In this document: positions 35,706-48,401 of the stretch, one piece after another
Layout of the letters: each line of letters starts with the position of its first letter
Position numbering within the stretch: the stretch's first letter is position 1
From: Girardia tigrina
Lineage: Eukaryota
Reading direction: 5' to 3'
NCBI GenBank assembly: GCA_001938485.1
Contig: MQRK01195906.1
Span: 29,223-78,761, forward strand
DNA: 49,539 nucleotides
Notes under the pieces: generated by a model
The model's input: the letters and a program-made list of their open reading frames with translations, nothing else
What the model was told of the DNA's origin: nothing
Databases searched by the model: none
Translations under genes and position numbers: made by a program

Positions 35706-36549
35706 AGCATTGTTTGCTTATATGATAGTCGAATTTTCGTGTATTTATTTATTGATTAAAGTTAAAACATTTTAATGTTTATTTTGCTAGCAAATATTTC
35801 TGTTTGAAAAGTAAGTTTTTAAGTAGTTTTAAAATAAAAAAAATAGTTTTTACCTTTTTTTAATCTCTTAAAATATGTTTTATTAGCATGAAATAAAAAT
35901 ATCTTAATTTGTACGTTAATTTTTAATTTTTTTGATGTTACTTAATATTTTATGAATAAAAATAAACAAAAAACCATTTAGTTCTAACTTCTATTCAAAA
36001 ATATCGGTTTTGTCTGCAATGGCATCCTCGCTATTAAACATAATATGTAAACATAAAATTATTTTAAAACTCATGTCAATAGAAATGTAAGTTTTAATTT
36101 ACCTTTCTACTCATGAGCCACACTTAATATCCTAAAGAATTGATTTTAGCGCAATTGAGCCGCAGATGGGTTATGCGGGTCCTTTTTATCATATAATACG
36201 TTAATATTATCTCTGTTGGCATAATTAAAAATGTAAACTTTAAAAAATAAGAAAACGAAATCGAATCTTTAAAATATTAAATATTAATTTTTAAATGAAA
36301 TTTAAAAAAACTTAAAATGTAAGTCTTAAAAAGTAAAGAATATAAAATAAAATTTTGTAAGCTTTAGTATAAAACATAAATTATTCAATGTATTTGGTAA
36401 ATTTAAATTACGAATTTTAAAATATAAATATTACAATATATTTATTTACAATGGTTTGTGTAAAGAAAAAATGTTCCTCTATAATTTGTCTAAAGTAAAC
36501 AGAGTTAGTGATTGAAATATTTTTTGGAGTTATGACAAATTTTAATTTG

Positions 36550-37587
36550 AGTTAAAATTTAAATATGGTCTCGAGTGAAACGTCGAACCTAACAATGTCG
36601 ATATTGTTAGGATACGGCGAACTCATAAATTTTTGAATACATTCTTCATTCTCTATCTTGTCATAATAGTACTGATTCTTTTTTATGAGGTAAATATGTT
36701 CCGCAAGAACACCATAAAAACCGCATAAAAAGGGTACTAATTCTATTGAAAAACAATAAATACGTTCCAAAATATATAAGAACCGCATGAATCCGAAATA
36801 ATGTAATAAAACCACATGTAGTTTAAAATTTGTGGTTTTATAGCTTTAACAGTCAAATTCGCATGATTAAAATCGAAATTTTTTCCAGGCATCCATAACT
36901 GTCATCTCTTCATTCTCTATCTTGTCAAAAATGTACTGAAATGTCAACTTTACACAATGTTTTTTAAAATTGCAGATAATGCTCTGATGCAATGGTTGCA
37001 AAATGCTGGTTGTGATTGGTAGAAGAAAGACTATCGCGACATTGTGATGTTCAATATGCGGATGACCTGGCCCGTTATCGATAAGCAAAATCACTTTGAA
37101 CTCGAGACTTTTATGTAGCAAATATTTCTTAACTTCTGGAATAAAATACCGATTAAACCATTCTGTGAAAATTGCAGTAGTTACCCACTCTTTCTTATTG
37201 GCCATTTAATGAACTGAAAGCTTTTTCCTTTCTTTACCCTTCAGCGATTGAGGGTTTAGTGATCAATTTATAACAAGAGGTTTTAATATCCGAACTCCGG
37301 AAGCAATGCTGCAAAATAAAATAATGATTCTATCTTTTACTGCTTTAAAATCGCTTGCAGTATTTTCGGCTTTAGCAAAATAGATACGACTTTTCATCTT
37401 TTCCCAAAATTATCCAGTCTCTTCTGTATTAAAGACTTGATCTGGACTATATCCCCATCTTCAATTACTTTGATCAATTTTTTTGGAAAACTTTTATCTC
37501 CCTCTTCATCTGTTGATGTAATCTCTCCGGTTATCTTTACGTTATGAAATGCATTATTTCAAAACCGCATAAAAACGGAATCTATTG
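36550..37587 (-). mobile_element. pogo/Tigger (CENP-B-like DDE_1) remnant, rearranged
   Basis: TA-CAATAGATTCCGTTTTTATGCGG terminus at 37587. Motifs QVFNTEETG*FWEKM, AVKDRI, ANKKEWVTTAIFTEWF, KVILLIDNGPGHP and FLLPITTSILQPLHQSII. The DKIENEE segment is duplicated near 36640-36675. Confidence 0.85.
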
Positions 37588-37759
37588 TATTTAAAATAAA
37601 CAAATATCTAAAATCAAAAGTTCTTGAAAAGAATTATAATTAAAAATATCTCTAATTAATTTAAAAAAAAGTAATTCTCAAAAATAATTTAGTGAAATTT
37701 TATTTGCTAAAAAGTAATTTTTAAAACAGATAATTTTTTAAACATTAAAGCTATTTGAA

Positions 37760-38682
37760 AATATATATAATATTTGTCTAAAAAGTTTGTTGGTTTGTTT
37801 GTTTGTTTGTCGGTCACGCTTTTTAATGTAAAATTGCGGACGAACCGGAGTGAATCCATTTAAGGACATGGTCAATCTGGATAGCCCGCATCAATACAAT
37901 TTTGTCGGAGTAGCGACTTTACCCGGAAGCCGATGAAATCGATCGAAAACCGTACAAGTCGGTAAATGGTTAAATTAACACTGATTTCGAATAATAATGA
38001 TTTTGACAATTCTTACATGGAATTTCGTGAAAATTTTTTTATAAAAATATCAATAAAATACTAATTTATTTGATAAATGACCATTTTTATCACTTATTTA
38101 CTTATTATATTTCTAAAAATCAATTTATTTTAAATTTGCAAAATTTCGTTATCATCTGATTCCCGGTTTGTCGGCTAAGCTCAAATTTTACTATGATCAT
38201 ATATATGTTGATAAAGGGGCCGTCCATAAAAGACATAACGTAATAGGGGGGAAGGGGACAGAATTTAGTGACGAAGTGTTATTTGGGGAGGGGGGGCTTC
38301 GGAAATGTGACGTCAAATCAAAATGCTGAAGTATTTAGAGAAATAATTCTGTGACGAAATTTGACGAGGGAAAGAAGGGGTTGGAAATCTGCTAAAATTA
38401 CATGACGTCATTTACGAGCAGCCCCAAAATGCAAAATAGTGGAGTGATTGAATCCGCATAAAACTGAGATAACTCTGTAAAGTCCGCATCGAAATGGTTC
38501 TGTCTGTACAACTCCTTTAGCGAAAGACTCCGGGAGCCGATTTAACTGACTGACTGTTAAATCAAAACAGAAGTCGAAACAATAAATAATAAATTATAAT
38601 AATTACGATTTAAAAATTAAAACAGAAACTTTCAAAGTCGGAAATTCAGCTCACCCGTCATATATGACGGGTATTTTTCTAG
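37760..38682 (+). mobile_element. Non-autonomous Helitron-like element
   Basis: 3' hairpin ACCCGTCATATATGACGGGT (38653-72) followed 6 nt later by CTAG then T. The 5' region has TATATATAAT and (GTTT)n, typical of animal non-autonomous Helitrons. The 5' TC is not preserved, so the start is approximate. Confidence 0.7.
38216..38425. mobile_element. PIF/Harbinger (Tourist-like) MITE nested in the Helitron
   Basis: GGGGCCGTCCATAAAAGAC ... GTCATTTACGAGCAGCCCC degenerate TIRs, 210 bp, G-rich internal runs. Confidence 0.7.
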
Positions 38683-40225
38683 TTTAAAATTATTTGTCAA
38701 ATAATTAATTTTTTAAACAGTTAATTTTTTTTTAAATAAAACAGCCATTAAAATATTTCTAATTAATTTTTTAAAAAAAGTAGATCTTTAAAAAAATTAA
38801 AACATTCATTAAAAAGTTTTTAATTAACGTTTAAATATTTAAAATTAAAACTAAAATTTATATATGGATATTTATAATAAAATTTTGATATTTGGTTTTT
38901 GTGCAACATAAGAAAATATTGTTCTTCGTAAATTTGTTTGGAAAAAGTTAATTTTCATGGAAATAAATATTTGGAATTATGAATTATATTCTTGACCTCG
39001 AACCCAACAGATTCGTATCAATATTTGTATTTGGAAATAAAGAATAAAAAGCATATTTCCAAAATCAACCCAAAAGAGAAATGTTACATTAGATATGTAT
39101 AAATAATATATTTTTAGAAAATATAGAATTATATTTATAATTGGTCATTTATTCATTGATTTCTACACATAAACTAATATGTGATTTTGGGTTAATAAAA
39201 AAATTAAGAAACGATATTGATATAATTGATGAAAAAAAAACGATTCTGATAAAAGCCAAATGTAGCATGACGGGAGAATTCCTGGATTCCAGTATAGCAT
39301 CATTAGAATCTCATTTATAGAAACTAATTAGTGTGTCGTAATCTTTAATATTTGATATATCCTAATCCAATTTACATACATCATCATACTGAAATGAATA
39401 ATCTGATAGAGAAGGCAGACGAAAGCCCAATGAAAAACTGATTCAAAAGGGATAATGGGCAAATATTCTATTACCGAATTTAGTATCTCAAATGCTCATT
39501 ACTAGGGGGGCCAGTGGACTGATGATTCGGAGATGCCGTCCGTGTCAGTTGGCATATAGGTTGATTGAATTAGCCGTAGGCTGAGAGTAATTTTGTAAAC
39601 AAAATTATGCCTCTGAGCACTCGGATAATTTTTCTACTCATATCAATTAACAAAAATAGTATTTTGTGAAATTTTCCTTTATTGATGATAATCGTTTCAA
39701 ACAGCATTTAAATAAATTTCTGTTGATATTATACTCACTTCTTTTCAAATTTAAATTATAGTCTTTTTTCAGTCTGAAATAATTTAATCTCTTTTTCATG
39801 AGGTAATAATATCAAATTTTAGTTTTAAATTATGGGTTTAGGTGTATAATTTACGTAAATTGAATTTTATAATTGAATGATAAATTTAATATTTTTTTAA
39901 AAAAAAAATAATTCGAATATTATTTATCTGGTTTAAAGAATGGAAAATTATTATGAGAAATAAATGATAAAATATAACGGTCTGTTTTTATTACATCGAA
40001 TTCATAAAATTGACATAAATTCTGTTTATTATTCTTTCTATCTTTCTGATATAATTTTCTCTTTTATCATTTATTCTGTTTCATAAATGATTTTTGTTAT
40101 GTAAATATAAATAAGCATTTACTAAAATATTAATAATAACTTCTAAAGCCTTCAATAATATATATATATATATATACATGTATAATGTAAACAAAGCACT
40201 TTTTATTATTAAATTTATTTCCAAA

Positions 40226-40260
40226 ACCAACGCGTTTCACCATTACGGCATCTTCACTGC
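40226..40260 (-). ncRNA. Degenerate minimal hammerhead motif (C3>G)
   Basis: GUGAAGA u gcc-guaau-ggu GAAA cgcg UU. Shares 19 identical nt with the 45193-45226 motif. Followed on the minus strand by AATAAA and (TA)n. Confidence 0.5.
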
Positions 40261-40599
40261 AATTTACAACTACACCTGCTTAGTCCCGACTACTGAGGAG
40301 AATGAAAAATCGCAATCGTCGGCCTCTCTTTGTACTGACGTGAATCCCGATGAAACGTGAATCCCCACTCAATTTCTAAAACATTAAGACGTAACGAAAT
40401 GCACTAAACATATTTCAAGAAGAACTTTGTTTTAACAATAAAATTTAGTTTATATAAAGTGATTAATTACTATTTATCTAGTTGAAAAAATATTACATCA
40501 TGCGTCTCAAAAACATGCTTTTTAGAAAAAAATTGTCTGCCAATCCTTTTAAAAGATGAACAGAAATTAAGCAAAATGATTAATAGACTAGTTAAAAGT

Positions 40600-40715
40600 A
40601 AATAATTTTGACACCAATTATGAAAAGATTATTGCCAAAGCATTGTTAAAAAAAGCATCACAACCATGCTTACAAGGGCAAGGTGATTAATCTAATCATA
40701 TTAAAGTGTTTTATA
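40600..40715 (+). pseudogene. Penelope-like GIY-YIG extreme C-terminal remnant
   Basis: NFDTNYEKIIAKALL..HHNPCL..SNHIKVF (across frameshifts) matches FDTYHEKIVSEALLIKHLKPCLNFQIELSNHNKIF of the PLE ending at 45306. Confidence 0.55.
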
Positions 40716-41425
40716 TAACAATATTTCAAATATCATTACAATCCCTTTTTTAAAAAGACTATTACACAACGCCACTCAATTTTTAGATTTTTTATTACCA
40801 ATTATCGAAATTAAAAAAATTAAAACATCAGAATATTTTAATATGATTATTTGAATCACTTTGAACATTTAGGCGTGCTTTGAAATGATTAATTAACTAT
40901 ACTTCAGAGATTCTCCACACAATATAATTATTGAAATTTTTGCGCAAAATATCAAATTTTAAATTGCGGAAATATTTCTGCGTTGTTCACAACGCATTAA
41001 AGCAATCTAAAGCAATTGTGAGTTTTACTAGCGATAACAAAGAGGTATGACATATGTTTATCATTTATTTACAATCAGAAAATGTGTAATGATTAAATTT
41101 ATTTCTAATTTGAAATAATTGTAAAATTTTAAATAAGTCTATTAATTTTATTTACAATTTTTAAATAAATTAATTAAATTAATATTTCTTTTAAATAATT
41201 AATAATTATTTTAATTTTTAACCAATAATATTTGGAATAAGTATTTTAACAATTTATGTAAATCTCCATATACTCAGATTATAAGATTAAAGTCAAGAAT
41301 TAATTAGATGATGTAAACTTACGAAAGCTTTGACAAAGATTGTCCTGAGGACATTCAAACTTGTAATAATAAAAATATTAAAAGACATATTTGTGTTCTT
41401 AATAATTCTAAAAGCATTATATATA

Positions 41426-42580
41426 TTAGGTTGGTCGAAAAATAATGGCGGTTTTTGAGCTTTATACTTTTTTATCTACTTTGATATGTATATAAGTTTA
41501 AATGCATTAGTGTTAGATATTATTTGAAATCTTATGCCTAGCTGTATATTCCTATAGCCATTATTAACAAATTGCTGTTATTTTTAGAATATTTACGGTG
41601 CCAAATTAATAATGGAAAAAATTAAAATTCGAGCAATTTTCTTGTACTAATTTAAACTGGGTCGTAAAGCAGCAGAAACGGCTCGCAATATCAATAAAGC
41701 ATTTCGCAAGGGAACAGCTTCTGAGCGCACAGTGCAACGATGGTTCCGAAAATTTTCTGATGGAGATNNNNNNNNNNNNNNNNNNNNNNNNNNNNNNNNN
41801 NNNNNNNNNNNNNNNNNNNNNNNNNNNNNNNNNNNNNNNNNNNNNNNNNNNNNNNNNNNNNNNNNNNNNNNNNNNNNNNNNNNNNNNNNNNNNNNNNNNN
41901 NNNNNNNNNNNNNNNNNNNNNNNNNNNNNNNNNNNNNNNNNNNNNNNNNNNNNNNNNNNNNNNNNNNNNNNNNNNNNNNNNNNNNNNNNNNNNNNNNNNN
42001 NNNNNNNNNNNNNNNNNNNNNNNNNNNNNNNNNNNNNNNNNNNNNNNNNNNNNNNNNNNNNNNNNNNNNNNNNNNNNNNNNNNNNNNNNNNNNNNNNNNN
42101 NNNCAGGTGAAACAATCACAGCGGAGAGGTACTGTCATGAATTTGATGAAATGCATAAAAAATTGAAAACCCTTTGTCCGGGATTGGTCAATCGAAAAAG
42201 TCCCATCCTTCTTCATGATAACCTCATATTTCAAAAGTGACTCTTCAAAGGCTTAATGAGTTGAGCTACGAAACCCTGCTTCATCCACCATATTCACCAG
42301 ACCTCTCGCCAACGGACTTCTACTTTTTCAGGCATTTGTACAACTTCCTACGTGAAAAAATTTTCAAAAACCAAAATGATGCTCAAAATGCCTTNNAAGA
42401 ATTCGTCGCTTCGAGAACCGATGCATTTTATGCTGATGGAATAAAACAACTTGTTTCTCGTTGGCAAAAATGTATTGATGCCAACGGTTCATACTCTGAT
42501 TAATAAACTTTTGTTTCTGTGAATTTGCACGTCTTTGAAGTTTGTGTCCCAAAACCGCCATTATTTTTCGACCAACCTAA
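41426..42580 (+). mobile_element. Mariner (cecropia/Hsmar1-like) with N gap 41768-42103
   Basis: Perfect 30-bp TIRs TTAGGTTGGTCGAAAAATAATGGCGGTTTT in a (TA)n context. MEKIKIRAIFLY*FKLGRKAAETARNIN from 41612; HPPYSPDLSPTDFYFF and RWQKCIDANGSY to 42503. Confidence 0.93.
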
Positions 42581-43470
42581 TATATATATATATATATACG
42601 TTACAAATATTTTTTATTAAATTATTATTCGAAACCTTTTTTTGGATTTTACTTTTTGTTTCAAACTTTATTGAATAAATAAAAAGAATCACTTTAACAG
42701 CTCCATAAATTTTATAACTATTGAATATAAGTGAATAGAAATGGAAATATTATTTATCTGTTGACGAAAATAAAATCATTGAAAATTCAAGCAACAACCA
42801 CAACAAATAAAATAAAAATTTAAATATATTTGATGTTCTTGTTAATATTAATAAACATAAAATCATTGGAAAAAACGATGTTTTAGTCCATTACAACTAA
42901 ATATTATGTTCCTTCTTTCGGATTCCCCTGTTCCAAATATTTATTTCTTGATTCTCTAGGGAATATTATTTGTCAGATTTTAGAGTGTTTCTGACAAATT
43001 TGAATGTTTACATTTTTCATCTATTGTTTCGCTGCAAGAGATGTTTCAGACGCTTCACTTCAGTTATTTTATATTTTCCTTATTAATTGTGCAATATTCT
43101 GAAATAGTAAATTATACTCTTTTCTTTTCCAGTCTCAAACGACTTACTAGAAGTATTTCTATAATATTCTTTTCTACAGTGGTTTATACATTATCACTAT
43201 AAATTTTATTTTAATAACATGAAAAGTAAAAAAACAGGTAGAAAATAAAAAATAGTTAACTGTATATTATAAAAACAAAATTAATCCATTTTGAAATATA
43301 TATAAAGACGATACATGTCGATGGATCATCATCTTGTTGGGACCCTTGGATTCTCTCCATCTTCTGCTATAATCCAGGTGCATTCACAATGCAGGTATTG
43401 GAGAGATTGAAGATTTCCTCGGGTCTTAAAAATATAAAAATATATTATTAATAATAATACAATTCTAATA

Positions 43471-44040
43471 TTGGGTTGGTCGAAAAATAATGGCGGNNNN
43501 NNNNNNNNNNNNNNNNNNNNNNNNNNNNNNNNNNNNNNNNNNNNNNNNNNNNNNNNNNNNNNNNNNNNNNNNNNNNNNNNNNNNNNNNNNNNNNNNNNNN
43601 NNNNNNNNNNNNNNNNNNNNNNNNNNNNNNNNNNNNNNNNNNNNNNNNNNNNNNNNNNNNNNNNNNNNNNNNNNNNNNNNNNNNNNNNNNNNNNNNNNNN
43701 NNNNNNNNNNNATGCCTGAAAAAGTAGAAGTCCGTTGGCGAGAGGTCTGGTGAATATGGTGGATGAAGCAGGGTTTCATAGCCCAACTCATTAATCTTTT
43801 GAAGAGTCACTTTTGAAATATGAGGTCTAGTGTTATCATGAAGGATGGGACTTTTTCGATTGACCAATCCCGGACAAAGGGTTTTCAATTTTTTATGCAT
43901 TTCATCAATTTCATAACAGTACCTCTCCACTGTGATTGTTTCGCCTGGATTCAAGAAACTATAGTGGATGATTCAAGCATCACACCACCAAACTGTCACC
44001 ATAACCTTACGGGGTGTTAGTTTCGGTTTTGGAAAGTTTT
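43471..44040 (-). mobile_element. 5'-truncated second copy of the same cecropia-like mariner (N gap 43497-43711)
   Basis: TIR TTGGGTTGGTCGAAAAATAATGGCGG after TA. FPKPKLTPRKVMVTVWW, PGETITVERYC and HPPYSPDLSPTD are nearly identical to 42104-42335. Confidence 0.9.
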
Positions 44041-45020
44041 TCTGAAAGTCTGTGATTGATTGGTTGACTAATCAGAGTGAGTAATTTGACTCGTTTTTAT
44101 TTAAATTTTGCCTCAGGAAACTAACTCAGCAACTGATCCGATGAGTCATCAAGTCTTCAAATTGTTTATTTTGAAATGAACAATGTTTAATTATTTTTAA
44201 ATGATTATTTTTTTAATATTATTTTTATTTAATATTTGTAATATAATTCTTTAATTTATTTGTTTTTTAATTTTCGTATTACTTATATATTAAAAAAATT
44301 CAATTAAAGCAAAGTTAATAAAATAAGCGAATTGTATTTCAAATATTCAAATATTTTTTGAGGTTGAATATTTTTATAATAATTCCATTGAAACGGTTTT
44401 GGGAAGAAGAGGAGATATTTCCATTATAAATAGGGATAAAAATTATTTTAAATAAAGATTTTTTGAAACAGCTGCTATCATTGTTTTTTAAAAAAAATTT
44501 TCTAGCACTCATAGATTTTTCAAAAAATTATTGTAAATATTTTACGTTACTTTTTCAGCACTCTGTGCAAAATAACGAAAAAGAAACAACGAAAGTTCTT
44601 AAATAGGTTGAGGCTCTTCTTTGAAAATACAAATATACAAATCTTTGAATATATATACACATCTGCCTTTTCTAAATTTTACGTTCGTTAGTTTCTCAAA
44701 AATCTTTCTATGGATTACATTTACTCTTGCACCTGTGTCTAATCAAATCAAAAAAAGAAAAAAAATATTTGAAAATTATTTTTTAAAAGCATTTTTTAAG
44801 AGATTGAAAATGTTTCGGAAATGCTTTTTCCATCATCAGCAACTATATTTGTTACTTAATATATTTGTTAGTTACTTTTTTGATGTTACTTTTTTATAAA
44901 GTTATTAAAAGGGAATTATTTAATTAAATATTTATTTCATTTAAAATATTATTTGATAATAATGGCCCTATGTTTTTAAAATTTAGTAAAGATTTTAAGA
45001 TTTGAAAATGCTTTTCTTTG

Positions 45021-45083
45021 TCAATTTTGAATGTTTTGTAAGGGGTTGTAGTGTCTTAATAATAATGATTCACAAAACTGCAG

Positions 45084-45086
<3 letters not shown>
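45021..45086 (-). pseudogene. Short Penelope-like GIY-YIG tail fragment abutting a (TA)n tract
   Basis: ELQFCESLLLRHYNPLQNIQN matches FCESLKIRHYNPLIN of the PLE at about 9810-9855. Confidence 0.6.

Positions 45087-45127
<41 letters not shown>
45087..45127. repeat. (TA)n microsatellite
   Basis: About 20 perfect AT units. Other (TA)n tracts near 40158, 42581 and 45905. Confidence 0.95.
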
Positions 45128-45129
<2 letters not shown>

Positions 45130-45179
45130 TTTAATGGCAATTTATTTGTAAAGAAAATGAAGAAACGCCATTTAAAAAG

Positions 45180-45760
45180 TTTTTTATTTGTCAAAACGTG
45201 TTTCACCATTACGGCATCATCAGTTGTGAAGTAAATTTCAAATTAAAAGTCATTTATATGGCACATTGACTATTACGCAATAAATCTTCTTTTTTTTAAT
45301 TAATATTAAAAGATTTTATTATGATTGGATAATTCAATTTGAAAATTCAAGCATGGTTTTAAATGCTTTATTAATAATGCCTCACTGACTATTTTCTCAT
45401 GATATGTGTCAAACTTTTTCTTAAAAACTGTAAATTCAGTTTCATAGTTAACTTTATCTCTATTTCTACCTTTTTAATGTGATGTAGAATCGAGCTATTC
45501 CTACTCAATTGGGTGTGTTCAGCTATTCTAGTGCGGAGATGACGATTTGTTTCTCCAATGTACAAGGATTCACACTTGTGACATTTGAATTGATATACTC
45601 AATTAGCTTGGACACCCGATGGAGTTTTTGATTTATTTGAGAAATATCTCGATAGTTTATTAGTTATGAAGATCACCCTCAAATTAAAACCCGAAGGAAC
45701 CTTTTTCATTAGGCCTTTCCTCAAATCAGACGCGCCTTCAGAAAATGGTAATATTAAATT
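45180..45760 (-). mobile_element. Penelope-like element 3' portion (GIY-YIG, 3' UTR with hammerhead and AATAAA)
   Basis: LPFSEG...N*VYQFKCHKCESLYIGETNRHLRTRIAEH...SEALLIKHLKPCLN, with stop at 45308-45306. Confidence 0.85.
45193..45226 (-). ncRNA. Minimal type I hammerhead ribozyme with intact core
   Basis: caa CUGAUGA u gcc-guaau-ggu GAAA cacg UU uug, with AATAAA a few nt downstream. Confidence 0.7.
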
Positions 45761-46901
45761 TATTGTTTTTATTATATTACTACTATCATTATTTATAGTG
45801 TTTTCATTTTTATTATTAGATTTTTCACGAATTGAGTCAATTGTATTTTTATATAATTATTTGGATGAAGTTGATTCATAAATTGTAAAAAATTATCTAA
45901 AAATTATATATATATATATATATATAATTTTGAAATAAAATTTTCAATAAAACAACAACAACAACCTAAGACAATTAAAAGTAAATTTCAACAGTTACAG
46001 CCGTAAAATATGTATGAAATGTTTGCCCGTAAAATGAATATACAAACAATATAAACATTGATTTTAATTAAAAAGCTTTTATGGACTCGTCTACAATTGT
46101 CTACAGAGTCTTTAATCAGTCTTAAATTTCATTTAATAAAATAAACTTTAAAGGAAAAGTATGAGAAATTGTTTTTCCCATTCTTTGAGTAGTACCTTTG
46201 AAGTAGCAGAGAGGTCTTGCGTTGATAGAGATACAGAGAAACAGAAAACCTAAATAGAATAGAGTTTCAATAAGAAAATAAAATTTACTTAATCATTAAA
46301 AAAGAGTATTTTTTCTGTAAATATTTCATTAAGTTGAGAAAAATTTTAGCAGATTTAATTACAAAAATTATTCCGACAAAAAATAATAAAAAAGTCATAA
46401 AATGATTGTAAAAAAATTATATTAATAAATAAATTATAAAATATTTTGGATTATTTGAAAAAAATATTTTGTTATTCCAATTCAAAATTAATTACAATTT
46501 TAAATTTAAAAAAATACAAGAAAAGATTTTAAAAATTGAATATTATTTGATGAAGATGGATAAAGAGCAAAATATCCGTAGATATTTAGACGACCCACGA
46601 ACATTAAATGACATTAACTACTGTAACATTGCTCGGTGCAGTGTTCAGGTCGTCCCAGCGATTTACCCGTGGTAGCAGAGTCAAAGTCAATTCTCGGCCA
46701 ATTTGTCAAATAATTGCTAATTCCTTGATAAGTTTGTTTTTAATATTCAAATTGGTTAGTAATCAAAAGAACTTCATTTCATTCAATAAATTAAATTCGT
46801 ACAAAAATCAAACTACAATTCCTTACAAAATTTGTATCCAAAATTTTTAAAATTCGTTTCTTAAATATCAGACTATTAAAATCAGCAATATGGTTTACCA
46901 C

Positions 46902-47721
46902 CAGTGGCAGATTTAGATTTTGGTGCGTGGGTGGCGATAAAACTTTCAGGGGGCGCCAAAAGGATAAAGGTAGTACTTGCCATACTAATTTTAATATTGA
47001 GTAAACACTATAATATACACAATTTTTACGCTCCCCGCTATCTTGTTCTAGACGTAGGCAGCACCAAAAAATAAATAACTATTAAAAATAATGAAGTTTT
47101 GTTGACCCATCATTATTACCGACATTTAATAATATTTGGGTTTACACCGGCCGTAAAATCTGGCGTGAAAGATGTGTATTGTTACTAACAATCATGTACA
47201 ATCACTTATGTACAAGCACTGATACTACAAGCTACAGCATACAACGAAAAGTGCCGTTATGCCCTGGATATATTTAATATTAATAAATTGCTGTGTAGAG
47301 TGGTAACTGGAGTGTATTAACCCCCGTTGGACTTTATAGTCAGACAAAACTTGTACAAGCAGTAAGTTGAAAGTGAAATCTTAAGTCTCAGTAGTATTCT
47401 TCACTGCCCAAAAATATTATGCCTGCTAGCCTACTGCATCATCTATGTCTAACAACACGACATGGTAATATCACAAATAGCAAAGCATCAGCAGCAATAT
47501 GTTGCAGTGTACACGTTAATAAGACATACCAAACCAATCTATTTAGTTCTTCTGCATCACAGACCTTGTGTCAGTGTTAAGGATGAAACTTAATCATAAT
47601 GCAGCTAATTTTTGTACACAAAACTACATATTTATAAAAGTCATCTTGGGGGCGTCATTTAGAATCCAACAGGGACGTGGGGAGCGGTCTGCTCCCAATC
47701 CTATAGCTAAATCCGCCACTG
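46902..47721. mobile_element. Non-autonomous hAT element (820 bp)
   Basis: 15-bp TIRs CAGTGGC(A/G)GATTTAG and a perfect 8-bp TSD TTTACCAC (46894-901 and 47722-29). Confidence 0.93.
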
Positions 47722-48401
47722 TTTACCACACCTTTTATCAGAGTTAGAATTGTCTTTGGGACAATTCTCAGTAAAACTGTCGTAGTTTGATATCTAGCTA
47801 AAATGATAAAATTTTGTTAGCAAAACAATTATTCGAACAAATTTTTATTTTAAATTATCTTCAGATTTTATTTTCAAAATTATACTTTTACAATTTCGTT
47901 AATAATTTTATCTAAAAATTAATTTAATTTTAAAATGATTTTATTTTAAGAAAAATATTTATTTAATCAATTTTAAAATAATTTTAAAATTATTAATTTT
48001 TAATATTCAAATTTTAAAAATTTAATATTTTAAAAGTTTTTGTTGTAATTTAAAATACAAACTTAAAATGCAAACTATACTCGAATAACTATTCATCATG
48101 AACATCCAAAATACCAATTTTATATCTAAGAGAAGCACAATTTAAAATACTAAACTCAACATACCGATTTTAACATACTAAAATAAAATATTCCTCACTG
48201 AGAAAATTCGTGAGTCATTTCAAAAAATTTAGTTAATTTGTTAAATTCAGACTCAAACATAAAAGTGATTAAAATTACCTGTGAAACGACGAAACTCACC
48301 CTGATTGATTAACCAATCAATAATTAGTAATCAATAAATCTAGATAAAGAGGTTTTTGTCTGAATTTGAATTCAAATAAACATGAATTAATTATTATTTT
48401 T

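Noticed and set aside
39505-39555. Hammerhead-like CTGATGATTCGGAGATGCCG
   Set aside because: The required GAAA is missing and no PLE coding sequence is adjacent.
41606-43791. Long ORFs containing X runs (also 17346-17681)
   Set aside because: Artefacts of translating through N gaps.
46469-46850. Short ORFs around MDKEQNIRRYLDDPRTLND
   Set aside because: No recognisable domain or gene structure. YLDD here lacks any surrounding RT motifs.
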